Shown here: positions 13,273 to 25,700 of the stretch, in pieces | How the letters are laid out: every line of letters begins with the position of its first letter | Position numbering within the stretch: position 1 is the first letter of the stretch | From: the human T2T-CHM13v2.0 reference genome, Homo sapiens | NCBI RefSeq assembly: GCF_009914755.1 | Contig: NC_060935.1 | Length of the DNA: 64,000 nt | Direction: 5' to 3' (one strand) | The notes under the pieces: model-generated | The model's database searches: none | What the model saw: only the letters and a program-made list of their open reading frames with translations | What the model was told of the DNA's origin: nothing | Made by a program: the position numbers and the translations under genes

Positions 13273-14365
13273 CAGACAAAGTTTTTGACACAGAATGAGG
13301 AAGAGAACACCACTACACTAAATCATTATGTTGAACTACTAGTCCAGTAGGGGAGAGTAGTGAAGCAAAAACCAGAAGCTGAAAAGGCTGAAACAGCTGT
13401 ACTCTAGATAACTGGGTGGTATAGATTCTTTCCTCTATGAAGTCCAGTTCTACTGAAGTCTCAGGGGTCAAAATCTTGGGACTGTGGAGATTGGAATCTC
13501 CCCACAGCATAGAAAACAAGTTAGATAGTGCATGGGTCAGAATGCCTAAAGTAGGTCTTAAATAATTAATATTACCCAAAAGTTTTTGGAAGTAATTTAA
13601 AGTTTTCAAAGACTCTCTTCTAATTTGAACTTTTTGAGGTCGAATATGTTGTTTGTCGACCACCATTTCTAAATATTGAACAGGAGGGGTCTGTTGAATT
13701 TCATCCTGAGTGATGTGAAATCCAGCCTCTGTAACATGGTGGCTCACTCTTTGATAACAGTCAATTAATTCTTTATCAGTGGGGGCAGCAATTAAAATAT
13801 CATCAATAAAATGAAGAATATAGGCCTGGGGAAATTGGGCTCCAACTGGTGAAAGCACTTGTTCAACATAAAGCTGGCAGATGGTAGGGCTATTTAGCAT
13901 TCCCTGAGGAAGTATTTCCATTGATAATGAGCTGCAGCCTCCTGATTATTGATACATGGTACAGTAAAAGCAAATTTTTCACAATCTGATTTATGTAAAG
14001 GAATATAAAAAAAAAATTTTAAGTTCAATAACTATGAGAGGCCAATTTTTAGGTATTAAAGCCGGGGCACACGTGCTGGTTTGCATGGCACCCATAGGTT
14101 TAATTACAGTGTTAATGGCCCTTAAATTTGTTACCATCTGCCACTTGCCTGATTTCTTTTTATACTAGAAACACAGGAGAATTCCATGGGGAAAGAAAAG
14201 GTTCCACATTTCCAAGTTGTAACTGTTTAGAATCCAGGTGAGTTAAAGCCTCCAGTTTTTCTTTAGAAAGTGGCCACTGCTGTATGCAAATGGGTGTGTC
14301 AGATTTCCATTGTAAAGGGATGGGATTAGGAGGTGTGGCAGCAGCTGCCGTTAAATACGGTAACC
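13273..14365 (-). pseudogene. pol: HML-8 pol remnant (reverse transcriptase only; RNase H and integrase deleted)
   Basis: ORF 13313-13921 has [25 protein letters not shown] (YxDD altered to FIDD) and TLNYFQKLLGNINYLRP. Upstream RT is frameshifted; homology stops after ...LPHSVSKTLS at ~13273. Confidence 0.9.
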
Positions 14366-15360
14366 TAATCTCTCCCTGTTTTCTTTTACAGTAACTGGGA
14401 GGGGTTTGGCAATCTCTTCATGTTTTGGACTGAGAACAAGTCCAAGAACAAACGCTATGTTTTCCATCATATGCTGACTGGGAGCACTATAAGAGTCATG
14501 TGGAATATTAATTTCAGCCCCCCAATGTCCCAGTAAATCTCTGTCCCAAAGATTAATGGGGATTGGAGTGATATAAGGCTGAATGGTTCCCCTTTGACCA
14601 TCAGAGCTAGTGCAAGACAACACAAATGTGCTCTCATAAACTTCCTCAGCTTTTTCAACACCTAGTAGTCTCATGTTAGCAGAATGTTTAAGCCAGGAAG
14701 AAGGTCACAAACTAGAGGAAATAACAGAAACATCAGCCCCAGTATCTACTAGGCCCTCAAGCCTTTTTTCTTGACTGTGTATGGTGCAGAGGGGTCGTTG
14801 TTTAGAAACTATGTTAATCCAATAAGCGGCATTTTCACCACTGGTGCCAATCCCAGGGTCACGTGTCTTATCTCCTTTGTTTAAAACGATATTAGGTAGT
14901 AAAAGCAATTGAGCAATTGACTCACTGGCTGGAATGGAAACAGGAACCTTGGAAGACACCATTAATTTAATCTCATTAACAGAATCAGAATAAATGAGAC
15001 CAGTGTGAATTGTGATTCTTGTAGCAGAGGTGGATGCCCTACCTAAAACCAGGCTGACCAAACCTTGAGGTAAAGGGCCAGTGTCTCCCATGGGGACAAT
15101 GAAAGGCAAAGAGTTAGGTAGTAAATTTAGAGGAATAGTACTACAGAGATCGACCACCTCATCCCTTACTGTGGAGGTGGACAAGCATTGTACTGAAACA
15201 GAAGGAGAGGTTGAGACACATTTGAGTTGGCTGTAGGTAAATTTGTTTGTGCTGGGGGTTGTGTTGGGACCACCTGAGGCAGAAACACAACATTGGTCTG
15301 AGTCTGAGGCATCCCAATTGATATCCGGTCCCAGGACCTTCCCCACTCCCCATTTCCCTG
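14351..15360 (-). pseudogene. pro: HML-8 pro remnant (dUTPase plus aspartic protease)
   Basis: ORF 14705-15346 has dUTPase-like motifs (GPLPQGLVSLVLGRAS, HTGLIYSD, SIAQLLLLP) and protease LVDTGADVS; ORF 14351-14674 has PINLWDRDLL. A GGGAAAT slippery site lies near 15352-15358. Confidence 0.9.
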
Positions 15361-17256
15361 GTGTTGTGGCAGTGGGTTTCCATCATCTATATCATACATA
15401 GAGCAGCAATTATTTGCCCAATATTTACCTTTATGACAACGTGGGCAAACAGTAGCAGTGGCATTTGGCCATGTTTGTTGAGCCAGCTTGGCTGCTTTTA
15501 AGTTTTTAACAGTGTAATTTTTTTATTATGACCAAGTTGACTGCAAGTAGACAATGCTCCAAGAAAAGAATTAGTGGGACGAGTTTTGTTGGTGTCCTTC
15601 ATCGCCCATGCCCACAGAATAGCTTTGTGGGTGTCTGATCCAATACCTTCACAAGCTTTAATAAATGTAGGCAACACCTCATGATGAAGCATATTTTGTC
15701 TTTGGACAGAACACACGGCCATTTTACACTCATGGTTAGCATTTTCAAAAGGTAACATATGAAGTAGAATACCTTGCGTGTGCAAATCAGAGACAGATTT
15801 TTGAACAGCTTCTTGTAATTTAGCTAAAAAGTAGGTAGGGTATAATTCAGAGTGACTTGTTTAACCATGGTAAAAGAAACAGGAGCTTGGCCTAGAGTGA
15901 GTAATTTATCCCAAGCTCTCATACACACCTTTGTTACTTGTTCCATGGTAAGAATATCAACGTTTAATTGGTCATAAGCATCAGAGAAACTATCGGAGCC
16001 TGTGAGCTGAGCCTGAGTAATTAGAATGCCATTAGTCCGATTTAGCTGAGCTTGTAAATGGGCATCTTCTGACAACCAGGTACGAAATTGTAAATGCTGA
16101 GATGGGGTTAGAACAGCTTTTGGCAAAATGTCCCAGTTGAAAGGAAGCAAAATGACCTCAGTACACAAAGTTTATAATACTGTTTTGACTAAGGAGAAGT
16201 AGGACCATACTGAGTACAAGCATCCTTAAATTATTTTAAAAAGGTAAGATTAAGAGGTACATAATGATGCATTTGTACCCCTCGGAAGTTTGGAGGGTGT
16301 AATGCAACTGGATAAGTCCACACATCTAATCCAATTGTTTCTTTGTTTTGCATAATAGCTGTTGCATTTAAATTTCAAGAGTAGGCATCTCAGAGTCAGC
16401 AAAGAAGTGACAGGAAATGCATGTGTAGATAAGGGAAACTGAGGGTGAGGGGGTCGGACCGGAATGAGAGTGTGAGAAAGGGTCATTGGGGGAGTAGAAG
16501 GAGCCGAACTATACTGGTGATTACCAGCGTCCATGTGTGAAGAATGGTACAGAGAAGCAGGCTTAGTGGATGGCAAAGTGACTGGTTGAGGAACCGAAAT
16601 GACAGGAGGGTGAGGGGATGAAATGGACGGGGGAGGGTATGAAGAATTATAAGTAAATTGTATTTAGTTCCTGGAGCCATTAGGTGACTCCGGAGGTGTG
16701 AAGAGAGAAGAATTAGCATATATATGGTACCGGGTTGTCAAAGTCGGGGCCGTGGGAGCTTCAAGTACAAGCTATTCATGAAAAGAAATAAAATAATTGG
16801 GGGGGGGGTGACGATAATCCAAAGTCCCCAGAGTTAGACATTGAAATCTCAATATGGTCAGGTTGGGGAGGAGTAGTCGAAGGGAGAGGCTGATCAGATA
16901 ACAAATGCCATGCAAGAGAGGAAGGTTGATGAAGAAGTCATCAGATTCAGAAAACTGTGGTAACTGTAAGGGGACACGGGATTGGTGTGTCATCAGGAAG
17001 GCAAGAAACAAGTCTCAATTACCCCAAAGATTGATGGAAACATAATTCCCAGTGGAGACCAGTTCCCGAAATTTTGCACCAACACAATCCCGTAGTTCTA
17101 CATCTAAGGTTCTTTTATCATGAAACCAAGGACAGTGTTTTTCTACAGCATTGAATAGAGTGACCATGTTTTCCATGGTTACTCAGACCTTACCCTGTTT
17201 TAACAAGAATTTAATATAGCAGATTTAAGCATGATGTTAGACTCTGCATGACCCAT
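15166..17256 (-). pseudogene. gag: HML-8 gag remnant
   Basis: ATG GGT CAT GCA GAG TCT at 17256 (myristoylation-type MG start); capsid-like ORFs 15824-16168 and 15498-15785; zinc-knuckle remnants ([14 protein letters not shown] near 15405-15450). Many frameshifts. Confidence 0.85.
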
Positions 17257-17393
17257 AGCTAACCCAGACCATACACAGACAACTCACCAGACATCAGGGA
17301 GTCAAACAAGCATTTCTGTTGACCAAACTGATGACGTTTTTCCACATCTACCAAAGGGAATTGGGTTCCCAAATGCACTTGGGAAAAAGAAAA

Positions 17394-17411
17394 AACCACA
17401 TTGGAGTGCCA
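17394..17411 (-). other. Primer binding site (degenerate tRNA-Lys type) of the HML-8 provirus
   Basis: Minus strand TGGCACTCCAATGTGG lies 2 nt after the 5' LTR end (...TTCCCCTGATA) and resembles TGGCGCCCAACGTGG. Confidence 0.75.
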
Positions 17412-17413
17412 GA

Positions 17414-18475
17414 TATCAGGGGAACCCACCCCTGATAAATCAACATATTTCACATAGGTTCTTTTCTATTTACCTAACTGTTGGCTGGTCTGTGAAATAA
17501 AGGGAGAGTACAAGAGAGAAATTTTAAAGCTGGGTATCCAGGGGAAACATCCCATGTTGGCAGGTTCCCTGATGCCCCCAAGCCACAAAATCAGCAAGTT
17601 TTTATTAGTGATTTTCAAAGGGGATGGAGTGTACAAATATGGTGTGGGTCACAGAGATCGCATGCTTCACAAGGTAATAAAATATTACAAGGCAAACAGA
17701 GACAGGGTGAGGTCACAGGACCAGGGAAAAATTAAAATTGCTAATGAAGTTTTGGGCATGCATTGTCATTGATAATGTCTTATCAGGAGACAGGGTTTGA
17801 GAGCAGACAACCGGTCTGACCAAGATTTACTAGGTGGGAATTTCTTTGTCCTAATAGGCCTGGGAGTAGTACTGGAGATCCGGGCTTATTTCATCCCTTA
17901 TCTTCAACCATAAAAGACAGACGTTCCCAGAGTGGCCATTTTAGAGACCTACCCTGGGAATGCATTCTCTTTCTCAGGGCAGTTCTTTGCTGAAAAAAAG
18001 AATTCAGCGATATTTCCCCTACTTGATTTGGAAATAATATAAATATAGCTCTCTTCCACCTGGCTCTAAGGCAGCCAGACCTAATGGTTATCTCCATTGT
18101 TCCCTGAACATCACTGTTATTCTGTTCTTTTTCCATGATACCCAGATTTCATATCATTTAAACAATTTATGCAGTTAATGCATTCATCACAGGGTCCTGA
18201 GGCGACATAAAACCTCAGCTTAAAAAAATGACAGGATTAAGAGATTAAAGTAAAGCCAGGTATAGGAAATCACAAGAGTATTGATCGGGGGAGTGATAAA
18301 TGTCCATGAAATCTACTCAATTTCTGTTCAGAGATTGCAATAAAGACAGGTGTAAGAAATTATAAAAGTATTCATTTGGGGAACTAATAAATGTCCATGG
18401 AATTTTCACAGTTTACATTCTTTTTCCATGGCTTCAGTCAGCCCCTCCTTTTGGGGTCCCTGACTTCCCCCAAGA
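17414..18475 (-). promoter_or_regulatory. 5' LTR (MER11 family) of the HML-8 provirus
   Basis: Direct repeat of 10691-11746, followed by the PBS. The terminal TG is mutated to TC. Confidence 0.9.
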
Positions 18476-20221
18476 GTTTCCAAACTGCTCAATGGCAAGA
18501 AAGGTTACACTCTGCGAGATGAATGCACACATCACAAAGCGGTTTCCAGGTGGCTTCCTTCTAGTTTTTGTACTGGGATACTCACTTTTTTGCCATTGGC
18601 CTCAATGTGCTCCCAAATGTCCATTCACAGAATGGACAAAAACAGAATTTCCAAACTGCTGAATCCAAAGAAAGGTTTATATTTGTGAGATGAATGAGTA
18701 CCTCACAAGCTAGTTTCTCAGAAACTTCTTTCTAGTTTTTATCTGAAGTTATTTCTTTTTTCACCATAGGCCTGAAAACACCCCCCAATATCCCTTTGTA
18801 GATTTTACCAAAACAGTGTTTCCAAACTGCTGAATGAAAAGAAAGGTTTAACTCTGTGACATGAATGCACACATAACAAAGTGGTATCTCAGATAGCTTC
18901 CTTCTACTTTTTATCCTGGGATATTCACTTTTTTGCCTTTGGCCTCAATGAATTCCCAAATATCCCTTTGCACATTCTAAAAAAAGAGTCTTTCCAAACT
19001 GCTGAATTGAAGGGAAGGTTTATCTCTGTGAGATGAATACACACATCCCAAAGCAGTTTCTCAGAAAGGATCTTTCTAGTTCTTATCAAAAGATGCTTCC
19101 TTTTTCACTATAGGCTTCAATTCACTCACTACTTCAAAAATTCTACCAAACCAGTGTTTTCAAATTGCTGAAGGAAAAGAAAGGGTTAACTCTGCAAGAT
19201 GAATGCACAGATCACAAAGCAGTTTCTCAGATAGCTTCATTCTAGTTTTTACACTGGGATATGCTCTTTTTTGCCTTTGGCCTCAATGAGGTCCCAAATG
19301 TTGATTCGCAGAATGGACAAGAACAGTGTTTCCAAATTGATGAATCCAAACAAAGTTTTAACTCTGTGAGATGAATGTACAGATCACAAAGAAGTTTCTC
19401 AAAAATCTTCCTTCTACTTTTTATCTGAAGGTAATTTCTTTTTAACCATAGGCCTCAGTTACTCCTAAATATCCCTTCACAGATTTTACAAAAAACATTC
19501 TAAACTGCTGAAAGAAAGGAAGGTTTTAACTCTCAGAGATGAATGCACACATCAGAAACTGATTTCTCAGACAGCTTTCTTCTAGTTTTCATCCTGGGAT
19601 ATTTGCATTTTTATGATTGGATTCAAGGACTTCCAAAAGTCCATTTGCAGAATGGACAATAACTGTTTACAAACTGCTGAATCTAAAGAAAGGATTAACA
19701 CTCTGAGGTGAATGCTCACGTCCCAAAGCAGTTTCTCAGAAAGCTTCTTGCCAGTTTTTATCTGAAGATACCTCCTTTTTCACCATATGCCTCAAAACGC
19801 TCCCAAATATCCCTTTGCAGTTTCTACCAAGACAGTTTTTCCAAACTGCTAAATTAAAGAAAGGTTGAAATCTGTGAGATGAATGCACACATCACAAAGC
19901 GAGTTCTCAGGTAGTTTCCTTATAGTTTTTATCCTGGGATATTTGCTTTTTTGCCTTTTGCCTCAATGAGCTACCAAATATCCCTTCACAGAGCTACCAA
20001 ATATCCCTTCACAGATTCTACAAAAACAGTTTTTCAAAACTGCTGAATCTATAGAAAGGTTTAAACCTTTGAAATGAATACACACACACCAAAGCAGTTT
20101 TTCCAAAAGCTTCTGTCTAGTTTTTATCTGAAGTTATTTCCTTTTTCACAGTAGGCCTCAATGCACTGTCAAATATCTTTTATCAGATTCTACCAAAACA
20201 GTGTTTCGAAACTGCTGAATG
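18476..20221 (-). repeat. Diverged alpha satellite, block 2
   Basis: Same ~171-bp monomers as block 1. Confidence 0.96.
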
Positions 20222-22541
20222 AAGGCTGGTTTAACTTATGCAAATCAATAAACATAATCCTGCATACAAACAGAACCAAAGACAAAAACCACATGATTAT
20301 CTCAATAGATGCAGAAAAGGCCTTTGACAAAGTTCAACAGCCTTTCATGATAAAAACACTCAATAAATTAGGTATTGATGGGACATATCTCAAAATAATA
20401 AGAGCTATTTATGACAAACACACAGGCAATATATTGAATGGGCAAAACCTGGAAGCACTCTCTTTGAAAACTGGCACAAGGCAGTGATGCCCTCTCTCAC
20501 CCCTCCTATTCAATATAGTGTTGGAAATTCTGGCCAGGATAATTAGGCAGGAGAAAGAAATAAATGGATATCACTTATGAAAAGAGGAAATCAATTTGTC
20601 TGTGTTTGCAGATGACACGATTACATATTTAGTATTCCCCATTATCTCAGCCCCAAATCTCCTTAAGCTGATAAGCAACTTCAGCAAAGTCTCAGGATAT
20701 AAAATCAATGTGCAAAATTCACAAGCATTCTTATACACCAATAAGAAACACACAGCCAAATCATGAGTGAACTCCCATTCACAATTGCTTCAAAGAGAAT
20801 AAAATACCTAGGAATCCAACTTACAAGGGATGTGAAGGACCTTTTCAAGGAGAACTACAAACCACTGCTCAACAAAATAAACGAGGACACAAACAAATGG
20901 AAGAATATTCCATGCTCATGGATAGGAAGAATCAATATCATGAAAATAACCATATTGCCCAAAGTAATTTACAGATTCAATGCCATCCCCATCAAGCTAC
21001 CAATGACTTTCTTCACAGAATTGGAAAAAACTCTTAAAGTTCATATAGAACCAAAAAACAGCCCACATTGCCAAGTTAATCCCAAGCCAAAAGAATAAAG
21101 CTGGAAGAATCACGCTACCTGACTTCAAACTCTACTACAAGGCTACAGTATCCAAACAGAGATATAGACCAATGGAACAGAACAGAGCCCCAAGAAATAA
21201 TACCACACATATATAACCATCTGATCTTTGAAAAACCGGACAAAAACAATAAATGGGGAAAAGATTCCCTATTTAATAGATGGTGGTGGGAAAACTGGCT
21301 TGCCATATGTAGAAAGCTGCAACTGGATCTCTTCCTTACACCTTATACAAACATTAATTCAAGATGGATTAAAAACCAAACACCGCATATTCTCAATCAC
21401 AGGTGGGAATTGAACAATGAGATCACATGGACACAGGAAGGGGAATATCACACTCTGGGGACTGTGGTGGGGTGGGGGGAGGGGGGAGGGATAGCACTGG
21501 GAGATATACCTAATGCTAGATGATGAGTTAGTGGGTGCAGCGCACCAGCATGGCACATGTATACATATGTAACTAACCTGCACAATGTGCACATGTAACC
21601 TAAAACTTAAAGTATAATAATTAAAAAAAGACTTAAATGTTAGACCTAAATCCATTAAAACCCTAAAAGAAAACCTAGGCAATACCATTCAGGATAAAGG
21701 CATGGGCAAGGACTTAATGCCTAAAACACCAAAAGCAAGCAAAAAAAGCCAAAATTGAAAAATAGGATCTAATTAAACTAAAGAGCTTCTGTAAAGAAAC
21801 TACTGTTGGAGTGAACAGGCAACCTACAGAATGGGAGAAACATTTTTGCAATGTACTCATCTGACAATGGGCTGATATCCAGAATCTAGAAAAAACTCAA
21901 ACATAGTTACAAGAAAAAAAAAACAAAAAACTGAATCAAAAAGTGGGTGAAGTATATTAACAGACATTTCTCAAAAGAAGACTTTTATGCAGCCAACAGA
22001 AACATGAAAAAAATGCTCATCATCACTGACCATCAGAAAAATGCAAATCAAAACTTCAATGAGATACCATTTCACACCAGTTAGAATGGCAATCATTAAA
22101 AAGTCAGGAAACAATAGGTGCTGGAGAGGATGTGGAGAAATAGGAATACTTTTACAATGTTGGTGGGACTGTAAACTAGTTCAACCATTGTGGAAGACAG
22201 TGAGGCAATTCCTCAAGTATCTAGAACTAGAAATACCATTTGACCCAGCCAACCCATTACTGGGTACATACTCAAAGGATTATAAATCATGTTGCTATAA
22301 ACACACATGAACACATATGTTTATTGTGACATTATTCACAATAGCAAAGACTTGGAACCAACCCAAATGTCCAACAATGATAGACTGGATTAAGAAAATG
22401 TGGCACATATACACCATGGAATACTACACAGACAGGAAAATGGATGAGTTCATGTCATTTGTAGGGACATGGATGAAGCTGGAAACCATCATTCTCAGCA
22501 AACTACAGCAAAGACAAAAAACCAAACACCGCATGTTCTAA
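20222..22541 (+). pseudogene. L1 ORF2 3' half (RT and Cys-rich domains), disrupted
   Basis: ORF fragments 20161-20487 (from GWFN onward), 20763-21098, 22041-22310 and 22317-22541, broken by stops, frameshifts and the nested insertion. Confidence 0.9.
21374..21626 (+). mobile_element. Nested ~250-bp young L1 3' end (L1PA2-like)
   Basis: A second L1 3' UTR (GAGATCACATGGACACAGGAAGGGGAATATCACACTCTGGGG...GCTAGATGATGAGTTAGTGGGTGCAGCGCACCAGC...CTTAAAGTATAAT) interrupts ORF2 at GGATT|AAAGACTT. It has GAG rather than the L1HS-Ta ACA, and CTTAAAG rather than CTTAGAG. Confidence 0.88.
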
Positions 22542-22772
22542 CTCATAGATGGCAATTGAACAATGAGAAGACATGGTCAAAGGAAGGGGAACATCACACA
22601 TGGGGGCCAGTCATGGAGTGGGGCAGGGGGGAGGGATAGCATTATGAGATATACCTAAAGTTAATGATGAGTTAATGGGTGGAGCACACCAACATAGCAC
22701 ATGTATACATATGTAATAAACCTACACGTTGTGCACATATACTCTAGAAATTAAAGTACAATTGAAGAAAAG

Positions 22773-25700
22773 AAAAGAAAGGTTTAACTCTGTGGGATGA
22801 AGACACACATCCCAAACTGGCTTCACAGATTGCTTCATTCTAGTTTTTATCCTGGGAAATTTGTTTTTTCACCATTGGCATCAAAGAGGTCCCAAATGTC
22901 CAATTACAGAATGGACAATACAGTGTTTCCAAACTGCTGATTCAAAAGAAATGTTTAACTCTGTGAGACGAATGTTGACCTCACAAAGTGGTTTCTCAGA
23001 TACCTTCCTTCCAGCTTTTATCATGGGATATTCACTTTTTCCCCTATGGCCTCAATGAGCTATGAAATATCCCTTCACAGATGTGACAAAAACAGTGTTT
23101 CCAAATTACTGAATCCAGAGAAATGTTTAAATTTGTGAGATGAATGCACACATCATGAAGCAGTATCTCAGAAATCTTCTTTCCAGTTTTTATCTCAAGG
23201 TATTTCTTTTCACCACAGGCTTTAAAGTGTTCCCAAATATCCCTTTGGAGATTCTATCAAAACAGTGTTTCCCAACTGCTGAATGAAAACAAAGGTTTCA
23301 CTCTGCGAGATGAAAATGCCCATCAAAACAGCTCCTCAGATAGCTTCCTTCTAGGTTTTGTCATGGGATTTTTGCTTTTTCACTTATGGCCTCAATGAGA
23401 TCTATAATATTCCTTCATAGAGTCTACAAAAACAGTGTTTCCAAACTGCTGAATCCAAAAAACAGTTTACCTCTGTGAGATGAATGCACACACCACAAAG
23501 CAGTTCCTCAGAATGCTTCTTTCTAGTTTTTATCTGAAGACATTTCTTTTTTCACCATAGGCCACAATGTGCTCCCAAATATTCTTCACAGATTCTACTG
23601 AAACAGTGTTTTCAAACTGCTGAATGGAAAGAAAAGCTTAACTCTGTGACATGAATGCACACATCACAAGGAGGTTTCTCATTTAGTTTCATTCTAGTTT
23701 TTATCATGGGGTATTCGCTTTTTCCCCTATGGCCTCTCTGAGATATCCAATATACCTTCGCAGAGGCTATGAAAAGTATTTCAAAATTACTGAATACAAA
23801 GAAACATTTAAATATGTGAGATGGAGGCACACATTGCAATGCAGATTATCAGAAATCTTATTTCTAGTTTTATCTAAGATAAATGCACACATCCCAAACC
23901 AGTTTCTCAAAAAGCTTTTTTCTAGTTTTTAGCTGAAGATATTTCCTTTTTCACCACAGGCCTCAATGTGCCCCCAAATATCCCTTTGCAGATTCCACAA
24001 AAACAGTGTTTCCAAACTGCTGAATGAAAAGAATCATTTAACTCTGTGAGATGAATGCACACATCACAAAGTTTTTTCACAGATAATTTTCTTCTGGTTT
24101 TCATTCTGGGGTATTCACATTTTCACGATTGGAACCAAGAACCTCCAAAAGTCAATTCTCAGAATGGACAATAACAGTGTTTACAAACTGCTGAATCTAA
24201 AGAAAGGTTTAATTCTGGGAGGTGAATGCACACGTCCCAAAGCAGTTTCTCAGAAAGCTTCTTGCTAGTTTTTATCTGAAGATAATTCTTTTTTCTCCAT
24301 AAGCCTAAATGGGCTCCCAAATATCCCTTTGCAGATTCTAGAAAACAGAGTTTCCAAACTGATGAATGAAAAGAAAGTTTTACCACTGTGTGATGAAGGC
24401 ACACATCAAAAGTGCTTTCTCAGATAGCTTCCTTCTAGTTTTGTCCTGGGATATTCACTTCTTCATGGCATCAATGAGCTATCAAATATACCTTCACAGA
24501 TTCTACAACAATAGTGTTTCCAAACTGCTGTCTCCAAAGACAGTTTTAACTCTGTGAGATTAATGCTTACATCATAAAGCAGTTTCTCAGAAAGCTTTTT
24601 TCTAGTTTTTATCTGAAGATTTTCCTTTTTCACCATAGACCTCAATGAGCTCCCAAACACCCCTTCACAGATTCTACAAAAACAGTGTTTCCAAAATGCT
24701 GACTGAAAAGAAAGTTTTAAACCTGTGAGATGAAATCAACCACCACAATGTGGTTCCTCATAGAGCTTCCTTCTAGTTTGTATCATGGGTTTTTTATGTT
24801 TTCAGCTATAGCCTCAATAAGCTCTCAAATATCCCTTCACAGATTCTATAAAAACAGTGTTTCCAAGCTGCTGAATCCAAAAAAAAGTTTAATTCTGCTA
24901 GATGAATGCACACACCACAAAGCAGTTTCTCAGAAAGTTTTTTCTGAAGATATTTCCTTTTCCACAATAGGCCTCAATGCACTCCCAAATATCCCTTTTC
25001 AGATTCTACCAAAACAGTGTTTCTACACTGCTAAATCAAAATAAAGTTTAACACTGTGAGTTGAATGCACACATCAGAAAGTGGCTTCTCAGATAACTTT
25101 CTTCTAGATTTTATCCTGAGATATTCACTGTTTTGCCTTTGGCCTCAATGAGCTAACAAATGTCTATTCGTAGAATGGACAAAAAAAGTGTTTCCAGACT
25201 GCTGAAATCCATAGGAAGGTTTAACTCTGCGAGATGAATGCACACATCACAAAGTGGTATCTCATGTAGCTTTGTTCTATTTTTTGTCCAGGAATATTTG
25301 CTCTTTTGAATTTGGCCTCTATGAGCTCCCAAGTATACATTTGCAGAAAGGACAAAAACAGTGTTTCCTAACTGTTGAATGAAAATAAATGTGTAACTCT
25401 GAGAGACTAATGTACACATCACAAAGAGGTTTCTCAGATAGATTTCTAGTTTTTATCCTGGGATAGTTTCTTTTTCCCCTGTGACCGCAATGAGCTCCTA
25501 AATATCCATTCACAGATTCTACCACAACAGTGTTTCCAAACCCCTGAGTCCACAGAAACGTTTAACTCTGTCAGATGAATGGACACATCACAAAGCAGTT
25601 TCTCAGAAAACTTATTTCTACTTTTTATCTGAATATATTTCCGTTTTGACCATAAGCCTAAATGGGCTCCGAGATAGCCCTTTAAAGATTCTACAAAAAC

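Larger units (their letters stand above)
10691..18475 (-). mobile_element. HERV-K(HML-8)/HERVK11 provirus, ~7.8 kb, internally deleted and defective
   Basis: Two ~1.06-kb direct repeats starting TGTTGTGGGAAGTCACGGACCCC on the minus strand (MER11-type), a PBS, a PPT, and betaretroviral gag-pro(dUTPase)-pol-env remnants in order. Confidence 0.92.
20222..22772 (+). mobile_element. 5'-truncated LINE-1 (L1PA5/L1PA6-like) with a nested younger L1 fragment
   Basis: ORF2 RT and C-terminal peptides ([43 protein letters not shown]); 3' UTR ending ...CTAGAAATTAAAGTACAAT plus a decayed A-tail. Satellite register (GAATG|AAAAGAAAGG) continues across it. The subfamily call comes from recalled 3' UTR diagnostics. 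Confidence 0.93.

Noticed and set aside
13313-13921. 202-aa RT ORF as an active or domesticated reverse transcriptase acting on the repeat array
   Set aside because: The N-terminal RT is frameshifted, YxDD is FIDD, RNase H is deleted, and neighbouring genes are decayed; it is an ordinary provirus remnant.
20161-20487. Satellite-L1 ORF2 in-frame fusion ORF (108 aa)
   Set aside because: A chance ATG in satellite happens to be in frame with truncated ORF2, which stops early; no promoter evidence.
23010-23860. Possible tetramer duplication (CCCCTATGGCC at 23041/23724, AAATTACTGAAT)
   Set aside because: Few markers, some shared by other monomers; too weak to call without alignment.
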